NCBI GenBank assembly: GCA_051362555.1
Contig: CM120647.1
Location: forward strand, 7,998,001 to 8,062,000
Source of the DNA: Lingula anatina
Lineage: Eukaryota; Animalia; Brachiopoda
Reading direction: 5' to 3'
Length of the DNA stretch: 64,000 bases
The notes beneath the pieces were generated by a model. The model made no database searches. It was not told the origin of the DNA and saw only the letters and a program-made list of their open reading frames with translations. How positions within the stretch are numbered: position 1 is the first letter of the stretch; each line of letters opens with the position of its first letter. The translations under genes and the position numbers were made by a program. Positions 12,460-25,702 of the stretch are shown piece after piece.

Positions 12460-14558
12460 TGTGACACTCTCTCTCTGTCATGCACACACACATAAGCACA
12501 TGGCAAAACACATACAGAGTAGGACCTTTTGTTTTACATGCCTATTTAACGCGCACATAAATTTCACATCCCGAAAAATTGCTGAATTCTGTAAGCAATT
12601 TACATGTACATTTAATATACATTAAACATTTACTATTCATTTCAGGTTTTCTAACGCTATTTTGGGAAGCTGTGATCACGCTGAATATGTTTATACTGAT
12701 TAGGAAAAATCACTCTACTCAGGACTTTGAAGAGTACGGTGAAAACGTTATGGAGAGGATGGGGATTGTAACATTTAAAGTTTTGATATTTTACATTTTT
12801 ACAATACCAACATAGAAGCCATCTTCACTTAGGGCAACAGTGCTCATTTTAACCTCTACATCCATTGATTTTTGGATTTATATGCATTGCGAATCATATG
12901 ATAATGTCACGTTTCATCTTATTCACACTCAGATATCCAATGTTGCTGATAAATTGTCATTATATATGTCTGTGTTTCTTGCAGCATTTACGTCATATCT
13001 GGTGTGATAATCACCGTCATAGTTGCCACAGTTCCGTTTACGCAACAAGCATATGGCCCTTCTGGAATCTACTGGTAAGAAAAATATATAAAAAGGGGAA
13101 AAGGTACATAACTTTGAATATATGAATCAATCCCTTATTAAACATGTCAATTTAACGCAGTTTTGAAATTTTGAAATTATTATTATTTTCTTATTTTATA
13201 GATATCATTTTGTGTGAATTTTGTATTTTTTAAACTTTTAAAAAGTATGGTTAGTTTGCATTTAGTTTATTGATTTATTATGTCTCGCTTGTAAAACAGC
13301 TTTGGCATCTACCAGCGTTCTGCCTTGTCCACCTGTCTTCCTCTCTCTCTCTCTTTCTTTCTCTCTTTCTCTCTCTCTCACACACACACGCATGCGCGAG
13401 CACGCGCGCGTGTGCTCGGGCATACAATAACAGACTTCTCTCTCTCTCTCTCTCTATCTCTCTTTTACACACACAAACACACACACACACAATGGCGAAC
13501 ACGCGCACACACAAGGAGAGAGAGAGAGAGAGAGAAAGTAAAAATTGCCTAGTTTATGCAATACATCTAGTAAAATAAGTAACAAGTAAATGCTTCTTTT
13601 TCAGCTGGGTGAAAGATCACTTTGTGGCGTGGAGGATTGGGATGTAAGTATTGTAATACGCTATATGTAAAGAAACCAATGAAAGAGAGGAACAACCCAA
13701 TGCTTCATTGAAACTAACTTTAAGAATTGGAGATGGAATGAAAAAAGAAAAGACGAACTGACTCTGACACGGTCTAGCAAGTACGGAGGGAATTTGCGAA
13801 GTAGAATGTCGAATATTCAACAAAAATGCACAATTAACATACGGTTACTTACGTTCAGAAAAATCTTAAAGGGATAATAACTCTTCGTATGAAATCTGTA
13901 TTTCACAATAAAAACATTGTGAGTGACTCATAAAAATATAATATATTCTGTTTTCCCACAAAAACGGCTGTTATAGCTATTATTCTGATGTCATAGCTTG
14001 TCTTTAGACCACGTGACCTCCATTGATGGCTATACTCTGTTAAAATCTCTTAAGAGATTTTAACAAAAAACCAAACTTTTTAGAAAAAAACCAGGGACTA
14101 ACTTTGAATGTAAAAATGGATTCATTAACCATTGGTAAGTATGGGAAAATTGTTGTTTACTCCAGGAAAATTCATTTTTTGGCCGAAACGAAGAGTTATT
14201 ATCACTTTAACTTAAGTGAAATTGGGTTTTTACATGTAAGGTCTTTTTAACATCGTGGTATCCACTTTGTTTTTCTGTTTCGTACCAAAATAACTTGAAT
14301 TATCTTCCTTGTCTTCACACTACGGGGCCTTTACCCCTTGTCACAAGTTCGCTTCTACGTGTACGTGTACCTGTCTACCCCGATCAATATAATATCATGT
14401 TAACTCTTTAGATAACTTTTTGGCATAATATCCAGCCTTTTTTTCAATAATTAAAAGTTGTAAATCTCTCCAAATGGTGAAAAACAGAAAAGTTTTGAGT
14501 CACGATATGAAAAGAGCATAAAAGAGAGCACAGCAAAAGCGACCAAAGCCGCAATGCC

Positions 14559-14614
<56 letters not shown>

Positions 14615-17600
14615 ATTGAATTGGGCGGGAAATAGTTTAGCGAGGTTTTATGTTATTTGTGAAGAAGTGTCGCCAATATTTCAGAAAAAAAGCATGATTA
14701 ACAATCATTAACAATTAACAAACGGTTACTTCAGGAAAACAATAAAATGCTTTCAAAAGGCTTATTATCTTCTTCATATTTTCAGTTGGTATGGCCCACT
14801 GTATATTTTATTAGCACTGATGTTTACCTCTAACATCTATATTGCCTGGTACCTTCGAAAATTGGTGAGTTGCTGAAATTTCTCTAATAATTTCTAGTGC
14901 TTGTGTATCGTTCTGTGTCTAGTCAGTAACAATGTTTTCAGAGATTTCGATTTCCAATTTGCCATTTTTCAAATTGTCAGTAACCTAACGGGTTTTTAAT
15001 GGGCAAAAGGCAGGTTCCAATCATTGTCTTTAATTTATTTCAGAACCAAGGGTCGGTTATCAGAGATCGAGGCCAGAACCCAAACCTGGAGCGAATGATA
15101 GTAGGTTTCATAAACACACTACCTTACTGCGACTATCTTTACGTAATAATGACGTGATCATGACGTCAACATGTCATGCGATTATCTGGTGACGTCAGTG
15201 AGATTATTTTTGTACTTAAGGGTATTTGCTTCAATTTTGTCAATATATAGATTAATCCCGTTCGATTGTTTGCAAATAGTGTAATAATGCGTTTGTTCAC
15301 ATTATGCCATGAGCGTAAGCGACTGGTCATAAGAGTCTTGCAAATTTGATGTATTTTACGGTAACGTGTCTATATATTACTACCTCTAATGTTACTGTTT
15401 TCTTTTAACAGTCTCGTGTTAACCAAGATGTGCGGACACTCCTGGGCTATCCTATAGTTTACCTCGTACTGGCGATATTCACTCTGGCAAATAGGTATGC
15501 CATCGGCGACTTCAGTAGTGGATAGGGAGGGGGGTGCGCAGTGGACTAGTTTTTTTTAATGATATCTTGTCACCCTTCTCCCAAAACGCCTTATTTAGTG
15601 CCTTACATACATTCTTTTGGGCAATAGATAAATCTTCTATATTCAGTGGCTATAAATTAATCAACATTTACACATATGTCATTTTACGGGTGAGGTCATA
15701 ACTGCAATTTTGTGGAAAAAAATGAATTAATAAATAAATGCACAACACGGTATCATATAACAAGTGAAGCCATCGAGACCCACCCAAGCAACCTCACTTC
15801 CCCAGTACCCCACACATAAAAGTAAAATCGTCGATTTCGCTTTATTTTTCGGTGTATACTTGTTTCATTCCGCCATTTTCATATAAATTGAATTATATTT
15901 ATTTATGTATTTGTTTATTTATTTATCTCAATACTCATCATTGATTTTTCTTTCTTTCTGTAGAATACACAACGCCGTCCATGGAGATGCCCAGTCGAAC
16001 TTTGGGCTGGTTGTGATATACACTATTTCTATCACCATCACGGGTGAGTGCTCGATCTTTCTCTTTCTTTTTCCTCTTTTTCGCTTTGAGCACTAGTTAG
16101 TCTGAACATTGATTGATACAGTTTTATGCATGGCACCAGTTAGTCTGATCATTATACTTTAGTACGCTCACAAGCCCAAATGTACCAATTAGAATTTATC
16201 CGGTTTACAAGTCGTATCGAGTGCGGGGGAGGGAGGGGGGTTGAAGCCAGATCTCTAACGTGGTACAAGGTAGGCAGAGACATCGTGAGACATAAGAATA
16301 TTCGAATAGAAATAACTTTGATTTTTAGCTGCTGTTGTAAAAATGCATCACAAAAAAAAAAAAAAAAAAAGAAAACCTTGAGCGCAGAATACAGCTGATG
16401 AAATTCTTTGCCAGGCTATTAGATGAAAAAATAAACCCCCTCTTTCTCTCTCTCTCGTTGTTTTTTCTGTTTTTATTATTCAGATAGGGCATTATCAGAT
16501 TATATTTAGATTGACACCAGAAGGGCACATCAATTGATTATTTATGTGACAGGAAAGAAACCATTAGCAGACCTGGCCCTGAAAACAGACGACGTAAAAC
16601 ACTTTTTAATTTCAGTGAGGTCATAAAACTTTTCATTACGTCATAGCAGAATTTATCATATGCCCTTATAGTGACCATACCCCCGTACACATACTCGTAT
16701 TCATTCGAAGGTAAATACAAAATAAACAACTAAATCGTCCATTTGGGAAATTTTATTCAGGAATCACTGAAAATATTCACGAAGCACGGGTGTAGTTTTC
16801 CTTCTTCTTCGTATCGCTCTGGGCTGCGTGGCCACGTCTCATTCAGGTGGCTGGAATTGAAATGTTTATACTTAATAATATGTTGTATAGTCAAGGAAAA
16901 TATTTAATCACGTTTTCTGTCACGAGAAAAACTTGACAAGTGTGGACGTATATAAAGACGTAATACAATCAAATGTGGTTCGTGACAAGAAGCTCTGGAT
17001 GCCCCACTCTACTGTGAAGAAACGGGTTTATTTGTGTAGATACAATGCGCGTTTCCCTTTAGATTACCAAAAATACTTTCCTGGAAATTCTAACAGTGTG
17101 TCGTTCATTATTAAGGTATACGGCGTCTAAAACTGTTGAAAAAAATGTGAAGCTGTATTCGAGATCTTAGTTCCGAATTTCTAATGTTACAAGTGAAATC
17201 CATCAGTTTTCATCTGTATTATTGATTATGAAATGAAAGTCCTTGCTTTGCACTACAATAAACAGTCTTCTAACAGATCTTAAACCATGAACCTACACTT
17301 ACCCACTGGTTCTTGCAACGGCAAGACGTAAGGCAAGTTTGCCGTATTGGCTTCACTCCTTTAGGAGCCGGTGGAGGGCCCGGGCACCACATTTTACACT
17401 TGCAATCCTGCGGAGAACAATTGTCGCAGTCGACATTGGACGCTCGCACGTCGCTGACAAAGAACAACATACAGACCAATGTTAGAACAAGAAGCAGCTT
17501 CATCGTGCAGTTGGTGGGTTGGGTGCAGGTTACTATGCAGCAGGCCCTCGACGAAAAGAACAGAGCTTCGTTTTGTATCAGCTGGCAGCTCACAAGCTAT

Positions 17601-19233
17601 GAGTACTATGTCAATTTGAGGGGTTTTATAACTGAGTAATTCGCCGTTAACAGTGTATCGAAATTTCTAATTTGGAATAATTGTGCAATTTATCAGAGTG
17701 AACAAATTATGCATCATTTTGTTTGGAATAATTGAGTTTTTTTCTCATTGTGAAAGGAATTGACACCTCGATAGAATGCTTGCAATTTACTATTGTTATT
17801 TTTTGGGAAGTAGTTGATGGGAAATTTGCGCTTACACGTAATTTAATGCATGGAAACAGCTGTGCTGTAAAAAAGTCACGAGCATAAACGAAATAGACAG
17901 GAAATTTTCGCTTATTATCTGAACAAAAATTGATCCAGGGTGATAACAAATGACAAATTACTTTTTATTTATTTCATAAACCATAAATTGCAGATCAAAG
18001 TTCATGAAGTTGTTTTCGTGGCGCGGAGCGGCTCTGCAGCCGTAATTTCCATTTACTGGAAATGTAATTCAACGTTTTTTGGATCTGAAGGCCGCGTATA
18101 ATTGTTTTAAATACGGTAATGAAGGGGGGGGGGGTGATATCATCGGAATTTATTATTATTATAATTATTATTTTTTTTTTATTATTATTATCGAACAAAG
18201 GCTATTGACTGCTAGCCTTTCGGGTTGAGCGTCCACCACCGGAGCGGGAGAACGTGGTTGCGACACCGTCCTGGGACATACTAGCCCTTCTTAAACGGGC
18301 TCTGATAGTTCAGGACCCACTAGCATAAGTCTGCTGCAAAATTAAAGAAGAGCCGAGTCAGAGATTTTGTAAGAGACTCATAGCGACCCCTATAGTCAGA
18401 GAGTAACGGACTATGTATATACAGTTCCTTGCAGAATACTGTTTCTGTCAAAACCCGCCTGATACATTGTGTGGACGCATGTCTGCGTTTGACCATTGTT
18501 AAGCTCATCGGTTTTTCACAGAAGAATTTCATCAGCTGCGTTCTGTTATAAGTATAATTTAATTTTTTTCTTCAATCAAAAGCCATTATATTGAAATTTT
18601 TAGTTATCGAAATATTGGTGGTAAACTTTTTCAATATTTATAGTTGTTATTTGAAGAAGAGTAAAAATTAATTTTTATTATCATCGTTTTTTATCTTCCT
18701 TTCCAGGAACTTGTAATGCTGTAGTATTCGGTTGGAGCTCTGAAACTAGACACAACCTCAAACCGAAGATATTTTGGGTAGGAAAATGAGAAAATGAAAT
18801 ATTTATATGCTACATCGTGGTAAAATTCGCTTTTGTTCAGTGTAATAATGGCCTCTTTAACCTTGAAATTTAAAAGAACACAATTCATGTTATCGACAAG
18901 ATGATAAAAATGAGCCTTACCCAAGGGTTTTTAGATGATTAACTCTATCTTTTACGGCAAAATGTCGGTTTGTCATCAAAACGTAAGTCATCAACAAATT
19001 AACATCAAGTGGTTGCTCTTAATGGCCTTTCTGATATTTTTAAGGCCCACTTGAAGACTTTCTACAAGGCCGAGCAAACCGACATCTACGAATTCCCATT
19101 AGACCAATCAGCCCCTGGTGGGGTCGGGCAAGATCCAGTTTGGTTTGTGACGTCACCAACCACTGCGCAGGCGCATGTGGAAGCGGAGTACGGGCAGAGT
19201 AACCCTATTGCCCTTGATAAAACTGACATTTGA
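10046..19233 (+). CDS. Cyclic-AMP-receptor-like (CrlA-like) 7TM GPCR, 13 exons, ~355 aa
   Basis: Phase-compatible GT-AG exons: 10046-10108, 10637-10689, 11597-11708, 12290-12353, 12646-12733, 12985-13074, 13605-13643, 14786-14864, 15044-15100, 15412-15494, 15964-16043, 18707-18777, 19045-19233. Motifs FPDQPHRC, QRLIMYL, LCEAQAFFEQF, YGPSGIYCW, WRIGIWYGPL, YPIVY...NRIHN, GTCNAVVFG; seven hydrophobic segments. Confidence 0.85.
11998..12192. repeat. Compound (CT)n/(CA)n microsatellite (others at ~12403-12457 and ~13340-13535; poly-A at 14563-14613)
   Basis: Read directly. Confidence 0.95.
13866..14210. mobile_element. TTAA-flanked MITE, family B (TTAA|AGGGATA...TATC(A/C)CT|TTAA; Kolobok-like)
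   Basis: Homologous to 24767-25101 and, inverted, to ~20050-20370. Confidence 0.65.
16564..17503 (-). CDS. Small secreted cysteine-rich peptide nested antisense in GPCR intron 11
   Basis: ATG at 17503, signal peptide MKLLLVLTLVCMLFFVSDVRA, then 8 Cys in exon 17303-17503. GTAAGT donor after NQW; candidate exon 2 at 16564-16578 (GQVC-stop). Unspliced, the ORF ends at 17270. Confidence 0.7.
17624..17631 (-). promoter_or_regulatory. TATA box of the Cys-rich peptide gene
   Basis: TATAAAA on the minus strand ~120 nt upstream of the ATG. Confidence 0.45.
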
Positions 19234-20049
19234 TAATTGACAATGTATTTGACAATGTAGAACGATATATTTGTGTGCATTAGAAGAATTGGGAATGGAT
19301 TATTGTCTGTTAGGCCCCGTTTACTGTTTTTGTCCAGTTTAGTGAAATATTTAGTCTGTTTTATGGCAGCGCAAACATTTGTAATGTGTCAGACCTATAC
19401 TAACAAGGGCTAGATGAACTACCGGTACCATGCGTTAATCTTGAACGGAAGAAGATCAATTTTTTATTAGAGATGAGTCTCTTATCGAACTGTGGCAATT
19501 CGAAATGTGTACAAGGGCAGTGACGCCGTCAGGAACTCCATTTTAAAGTATGCTATACGGATATCAGAAAAAATGTTGTCCTAATGATAAATCATTGGTC
19601 AATACGTCCCATTAATACTTGGGTTTGGTGGTCTACATATGATGATATGATACTGTACAAGAACCCACCGATACTCGCTATTAAAACCTTACGTGACCAA
19701 TTAACAGGCGTGAATGGAACTTCGACAATGGAGAAGTATTCTCCCGCCAGCAGTGAATCCCCAGATCGGATTTAGATACCCAAGATTGTTATCATTTATG
19801 AGTGTGTGAAAAAATAAATTTTCAAACAAATTAGAATAGAAAGAAGTGAGGTGGGTCGACCGGGATGGGGGGGGGGGGGGGGGGGGGGTCAGCGGTCGAC
19901 TGACCTGTAGGGTCATTGGTTACAAAGCAGTGTGCAGTTTTAGACTGTAGGACGCTGTAATTGTCCAGTATTTCCCAGGGAGTTAAGTTGCATTTTTTAG
20001 CTTATATATTTTACTAACAGAGTATTGTGTGATTTCGCACGTTACTTCA

Positions 20050-20370
20050 TTAAAGGGATAAAAACTTTTCATTTTGAGCAAAAAAGGGGGTTTTCCTGAG
20101 GTAAACAACGATTTTCCAATAACAACCAATAATAAATGAATACGTTCTAACATTCAAAGTTAATCCCTGTTTTTTTTTCTAAAAATGTTTTTCTTGTTAT
20201 TATCTCTTAAGAGATTATTATGTGGTCGGATGACTAGCACGGATTCCACAATAATTGCGATTACCGCCGTTTTGGTGGTTAAATAGAATTTATTATATTT
20301 CTATGGATATTTTACAATATATTTATCGGGGAATATAGATCTCATACGAAGAGTTGTTATCCGTTTTTAA
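20050..20370. mobile_element. MITE family B copy (inverted orientation)
   Basis: Starts TTAAAGGGATA; internal sequence is reverse-complementary to 13866-14210. Confidence 0.6.
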
Positions 20371-21403
20371 AAAATCGAAAAGTACATGCGTGGTGATACA
20401 AAAATCTTAGTCCATTAGATCTTATCGTTATGGCACTTTGTATGTAAGGGCGGGTCAGCTATGACCCTCATATTTTGTCTTTGGAGCTAAATATGTCTCT
20501 TACTATTTCTGCTGTACTTGTAAACTGCACCAACTCGGATCTTATTGAATTGTTGCCCAACGACATGCTGAATGTCCTACAACTTAACTGCAGTCATTGA
20601 GAACATATATCGGGTAGCTTAAAAACGTCACTAATCTCAAAGTTCAATAAATTCAACAGTTTCGGGATATATATGAAATTAACGTTTTTTTATAAATTCC
20701 GAAAATTACTCTACCTATCATGGCGATAAAGTCGATAAGCAAATTAGTTTTGTAGAGATTATGATCAGTCAGAACGAACAAGTACTCTTCAATTAGTGAA
20801 ATAAGCTCATCTTTTTTGTTTATGATCAGATCACATTCTTTATTTGTCATCATCTTATTTTGTTGAGAAACGCACCTGTGAGCGTGGCCTTCCACAAATA
20901 CATAGCGTGTAAGTTCAGACATATGAGGAAGCATCTGCATGATACGGAAATCATCTTAAGACACTTAAAAGCACTCGCACACCTCATCCAGATGTGACAC
21001 ATCATTTCCCGACCACAGCCTCGTTATCGACGCCACTGTGTCTATTGCAAGCAGTGCAAACTTAGCCAAACCGAGGATCGACGCTGCAGCAGAGTTTCCC
21101 TATCTCTGAGTTATATTCCCCATCAGCTTATCAAAGGGTTATTCCGCGGTCAAACTGTTGAAAAGGAATCACGAAAAGGCGAAAACAACAAGAAAAAAAC
21201 ACCTTGAAATTGATAATAGTTCGTGCCAAAAGCTTCTGCGTTTCCAAGGCAATGATTCAGGATTTTACGAGAGCTTATGAAATTTTGAGTTCCACACTTT
21301 TGATGTCAAGAAGAAATTGGGAGTGTTATTAACCAGGCAAACAAATCATTTTTGCACGACGATCACAGTATCATTTGACTGTTTTAGCAGATAATTTTGA
21401 AAA

Positions 21404-21871
21404 ATGGATAATGAGCATACAAACGTGAAGGCGGATGAAACGGAGATGCAAAGAGTAAGTTTATGGTCCTGCAAAAATTGCAAATTCTACTTATGAATTG
21501 ATTTTTAAAGAAACTCATGGGTACTTATCGAATTGTAGGCCTATTGCATAATTATGGGTACTTACCGAATTGTATTGTATAAGGGCACTGGAAACAATAT
21601 GGGTGCGAGGGAACTGCAGTTCCCGGTTCCCGGTTTTCTTATTTTCCATATGCGTCTATAAATTTTGTCTCCTGTGCTCAGCTGTTGAATTACTAGATTC
21701 TAATGTGCAGTAAAGGAGCTTTCGGATATATTAAAATGCATATATATATTTATAAAATGCAGACTTAATCGGGACATTATCAAAGTCCTTCATCACGTCG
21801 TATACCCATCTGTATTGGAACGTTTTGACTGGTCCCAACATCTACGCTAAGGGGATGGGAGTGAGTTGTTG

Positions 21872-21903
<32 letters not shown>

Positions 21904-22468
21904 GGTGGTGGTGGTGGTGGGTGGATGTATCCTTTCACAAGGTCATTTCCAATTGTTTGGACCTATCAAAACTAATCGGTATGACTGGTGGTGTCAAGAG
22001 TAGGGGTTCCGTTCACATCGCTCTATTACGTAATAAGTGGATTTAAAAATTGTCTCAAAACGTTGCGACACATAAAGGTATACCGCACGACGTGAATCAG
22101 AATAATCTTTTACGCTTGATATTTTTCATTGATCTAATTACCCCCAGGAGCCTGCAGAGGTCACCTCAAACGGCCAATATGAGCAAGAATCCCAGGACCC
22201 CGTGTCGCAAGAAGCTGAAACACCGAAGCGCGATGTTTCAACGGGAGTGCCAACACCGGCGACAAGGACCCTAGACGCGTTGTACGAGCAAGATCATTGT
22301 AGGGACGAAGACGAATCAATAGATGGCGTTCTGGGCATTATAGATCCGGGTGATACTGGATCAAAATGGTGGATTTGGTTAATTTTAGTCTACGGCATGA
22401 TTATAATCATGTTAGGGTTAACGGCGCTGGTGATATACCTTATGGTAATGGGAATTACCGATAACTGA
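21404..22468 (+). CDS. Small acidic tail-anchored membrane protein, 2 coding exons, ~123 aa
   Basis: Exon 21404-21454 (MDNEHTNVKADETEMQR, GTAAGT donor) joins in frame to 22148-22468. C-terminal TM: WWIWLILVYGMIIIMLGLTALVIYLMVM. Confidence 0.6.
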
Positions 22469-24045
22469 GATGGAAAAACTCACAGAAGCATTAGGACGCT
22501 ATTTATATCTTTTTTCAAAGTATGCGAAACTATTACTTATTATTGATCCATCACAGGTTCTGCTGGGTCGAACATAAATTTGCTTCATGCAGGTCTATTA
22601 CCCACGATCCGACCTAATTTCTGCTATGTACAGTGTATGTACAAAATTATTATTCGTGGTTGTTCCAGCACAGGTTCTGCTAGGTTTGGACCTATTTTAT
22701 ATCCCTGTGCAAGATAAACAAATGCTAGATACCTCTTACCAGTAGGCCAATGAACGTGGAATATGGTAGACAATTAGCAAGGCGTCAGTGTTTGGGAACT
22801 ATATAGATATATTGTTAAAATAAACTCTAAACGTGTCGAATCATATGTGAGGGCTCAGTTTAGGTGGTTCTCTTACGTTGTACTGTAGGCAGGCTATTAC
22901 ACGTGTCACGTATGACGCTGTCAGACCCGTGAAACAGAACACTAAAGATAGAACGTTCGATGCAAAAATGCCTTTAAATTTCTTCTTGGCGTTTGAACCA
23001 ATATACCTACTGTTCTTCGGGGCGAATAAATTGCAAACTTTGAAGCAACATAACTGAATCGTTTAAAGTGATTGTTTATAATCCACCCAGTCAGCGAGGT
23101 TAATTTTACTATTATGCAAAAGAATCGTTCAGTATATTATACTTTCTCGCCTCAGCGTAGAGCAGCGTAGGGCTTATGAAGAGAAATGTGCATTTTAATA
23201 AACAGTTATCCCATTATGATATCCGAAGGAATTTGAGAGCGTTTGTGAGCAAATAAGTGCAAACTATTTAACTAAAGTAAAGAATCGCTCTAAACTTTTA
23301 CCTCTTAAAGACAAGCCACTACAGTTTCCACCAAATTGTTAATTTTCATCTTTGTGGAACTGTTATATAATCATCTTTCTTTCTGTCTTTCTTTCTATTT
23401 TTCTTTTTTTTTCTTCCTTGCTTTCTATTTATTTACGTGCGATATTTTTCCTTGCTGAATCGCTGTATTTACTTTCTTCTTTTTTGTTGCATCGGCTCAG
23501 ATCTGTAGGGACGAGTTGGTGGACCCTTTCAGTTGCGTTTTCATTATGTTGTCGCAACGCTGAAACGCCAACTGGGATTGCTCAGGGCATGGGCAAAATT
23601 ACAAATTTCGTTATTTTGTCCAAGTCCCGACACAGCAGGAACAAGTAAATTGTTTTGAGTACTGGTTTATAATGCTCTTGATAAACCAGTGAATTACTTT
23701 GCATTCCCTTGAATGTGAACATTTTTAGCAAATCATCCATTTGATCAGTGCGAACAGGTGTGAATAAGGGTAGATGTTAATAAAGTACATAGAAAATCAG
23801 GTATTTAAATTTCCATATCTTTGTGTCAAAAGTAAAATCTTGGCGACTTGTTGGACAGCGATCGGGACTTTTTGAAGTAAAAATCAAAAGATAAAGCTGG
23901 TTTGAATGGCCTTTTAACAGTTGGAAGAACAATTTCAAATATTTAGTTAAAACCGCCTGATCTCAAGCAATATTTTAGGCATTCACGCATTGTAGGTCTT
24001 GGTAACACGCCCAAGACATCTCGGCACGTTTCCTGAAAGTTGTTT

Positions 24046-24288
24046 AAGGGACCATTTTCACAGATATTTGGATCAACCTAGCTCACTAAATTGCTATCGT
24101 CTTGGTCATCTTAAATGTCTGTCACACCTAGTAAAGCTGTTAGGGGGGAATTATCTTTACCCTTGCTGATTCAGTAGGCGTGACAGACATTTTAAAAGCC
24201 GGTTAAGTAGATAACAATTTAGTGAGACTCCCCAGGGAGTTAGACCGATCCAGATGGATCGATCTAGGCATGGGAACCCAGTCTAAGA
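24046..24288. mobile_element. MITE family A-related copy
   Basis: Homologous to 34331-34578. Confidence 0.7.
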
Positions 24289-24766
24289 CGCCATTAATGG
24301 ATACCGGTATGGGAGGTCTAAGGGTAACGTTTGAGTAAAGTCTTAATGTTCTTGTTGCAATATATGTAAGATAAGAGCAGTTTGCACGGACAGCACAGAC
24401 ATCGAACAAAAAATTAAAAATTAAACATACGCTTTTACATTTGGCATTACGTTTGATAACATGTTGAAAAAATAGTAAGACAAACGCCTGGTTTATCGCT
24501 GCTAATTTAAGATTTACGAAAGAATATATAACCGTAAACGTTACCAAGCTGGGTGTTTAAATTGATTTATAACATGAGTCATACAATTAACAGTCTCGAG
24601 ATTTTGCTGCATAGACCCTAATCCAATTCCAACTGACACTATGGGTCGATGTAGATCGATCCAACTCTGCAGAGAGTGTCGCTAAGTGCAATCAGCTTAA
24701 CTGAATGACTCGCCTCCTCTGGTTTCCGACGTATTCCTATAATCACCAGCTTTTCCGTATTTTTAC

Positions 24767-25101
24767 TTAAAGGGATAGCAACCGTTTGTAAGATATCTAT
24801 ATTTCACAATAAATACATTGTGAATAACTCATAGAAATAGAAAAAAAGCAATTAACACAATTATTTTGGAATTTGTACTTGCCATCACATCACTTGACCT
24901 CCATAGATGGCTACCCTCTGTAATAATCTCTTGAGAGAATATTACAAAAAAAAAAAAAAAATAAAAAAAAAAAATAGAAAAATTAGACTAATTTTGAATG
25001 TGGGAATAGATTTATTTGCAATTGGTAAGTTCAGGAAAATTGTCCTTTACCCCAGGAAAATTCATTTTTTTGGCCAAAATGAACACTTGTTATCCCTTTA
25101 A
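24767..25101. mobile_element. MITE family B copy
   Basis: TTAA-AGGGATA...TATCCCT-TTAA. Confidence 0.7.
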
Positions 25102-25702
25102 CGCCAGGAGGAGGCGTGTTATTCAGTTAAGCAATAGTCTCCGCGGAGTTGGGTCGATCCACGTAGACTGGTGGTGCCATATACATGTGGTTGAGCGGTT
25201 TTAAAAATAAGGTATAGATAGTATTCTTACACTTCAATTTGATACATGTACGTTATCGGCATTTAGACTATTTATTTGATAACGCTATATAAGCCTTCGG
25301 TATCCACCCTTAAATTATACTAATGTCAGTGCTGTAGATTATGGTTATTCAGCTGCTTTGTTATTTATTGGACCAATCAGTAAATACATAACAAAGCAAC
25401 TGAATAAACACAATCTACAGCAATGACATTAGTATAATTTAAGGGAGTCTTATTTAACTCAAGGAACAAGGAAGTCAAGTGAACCGTATCTTGGGTGCAT
25501 TCCACACTTCAATTTGATTCATTGACGTTATCGGCATTTACACTAACGTTTGATAACGTTATTTAAGCCTTCGGTATCCACCCTTAAGTTATACTTGCTG
25601 TAGATTATGTTTATTCAGTTGCTTTGTTATGTCTTTATTGATTGGTCCAATAAATAACAAAGCACCTGAATAACCATAATCTACAGCACTGACATTAATA
25701 TA

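Noticed and set aside
11911-13578. ORFs rich in SL/ER/HT/CV repeats
   Set aside because: Translations of microsatellites in introns.
18214-18300. tRNA gene
   Set aside because: Only a degenerate tRNA-like head, more like a SINE remnant; no cloverleaf could be built.
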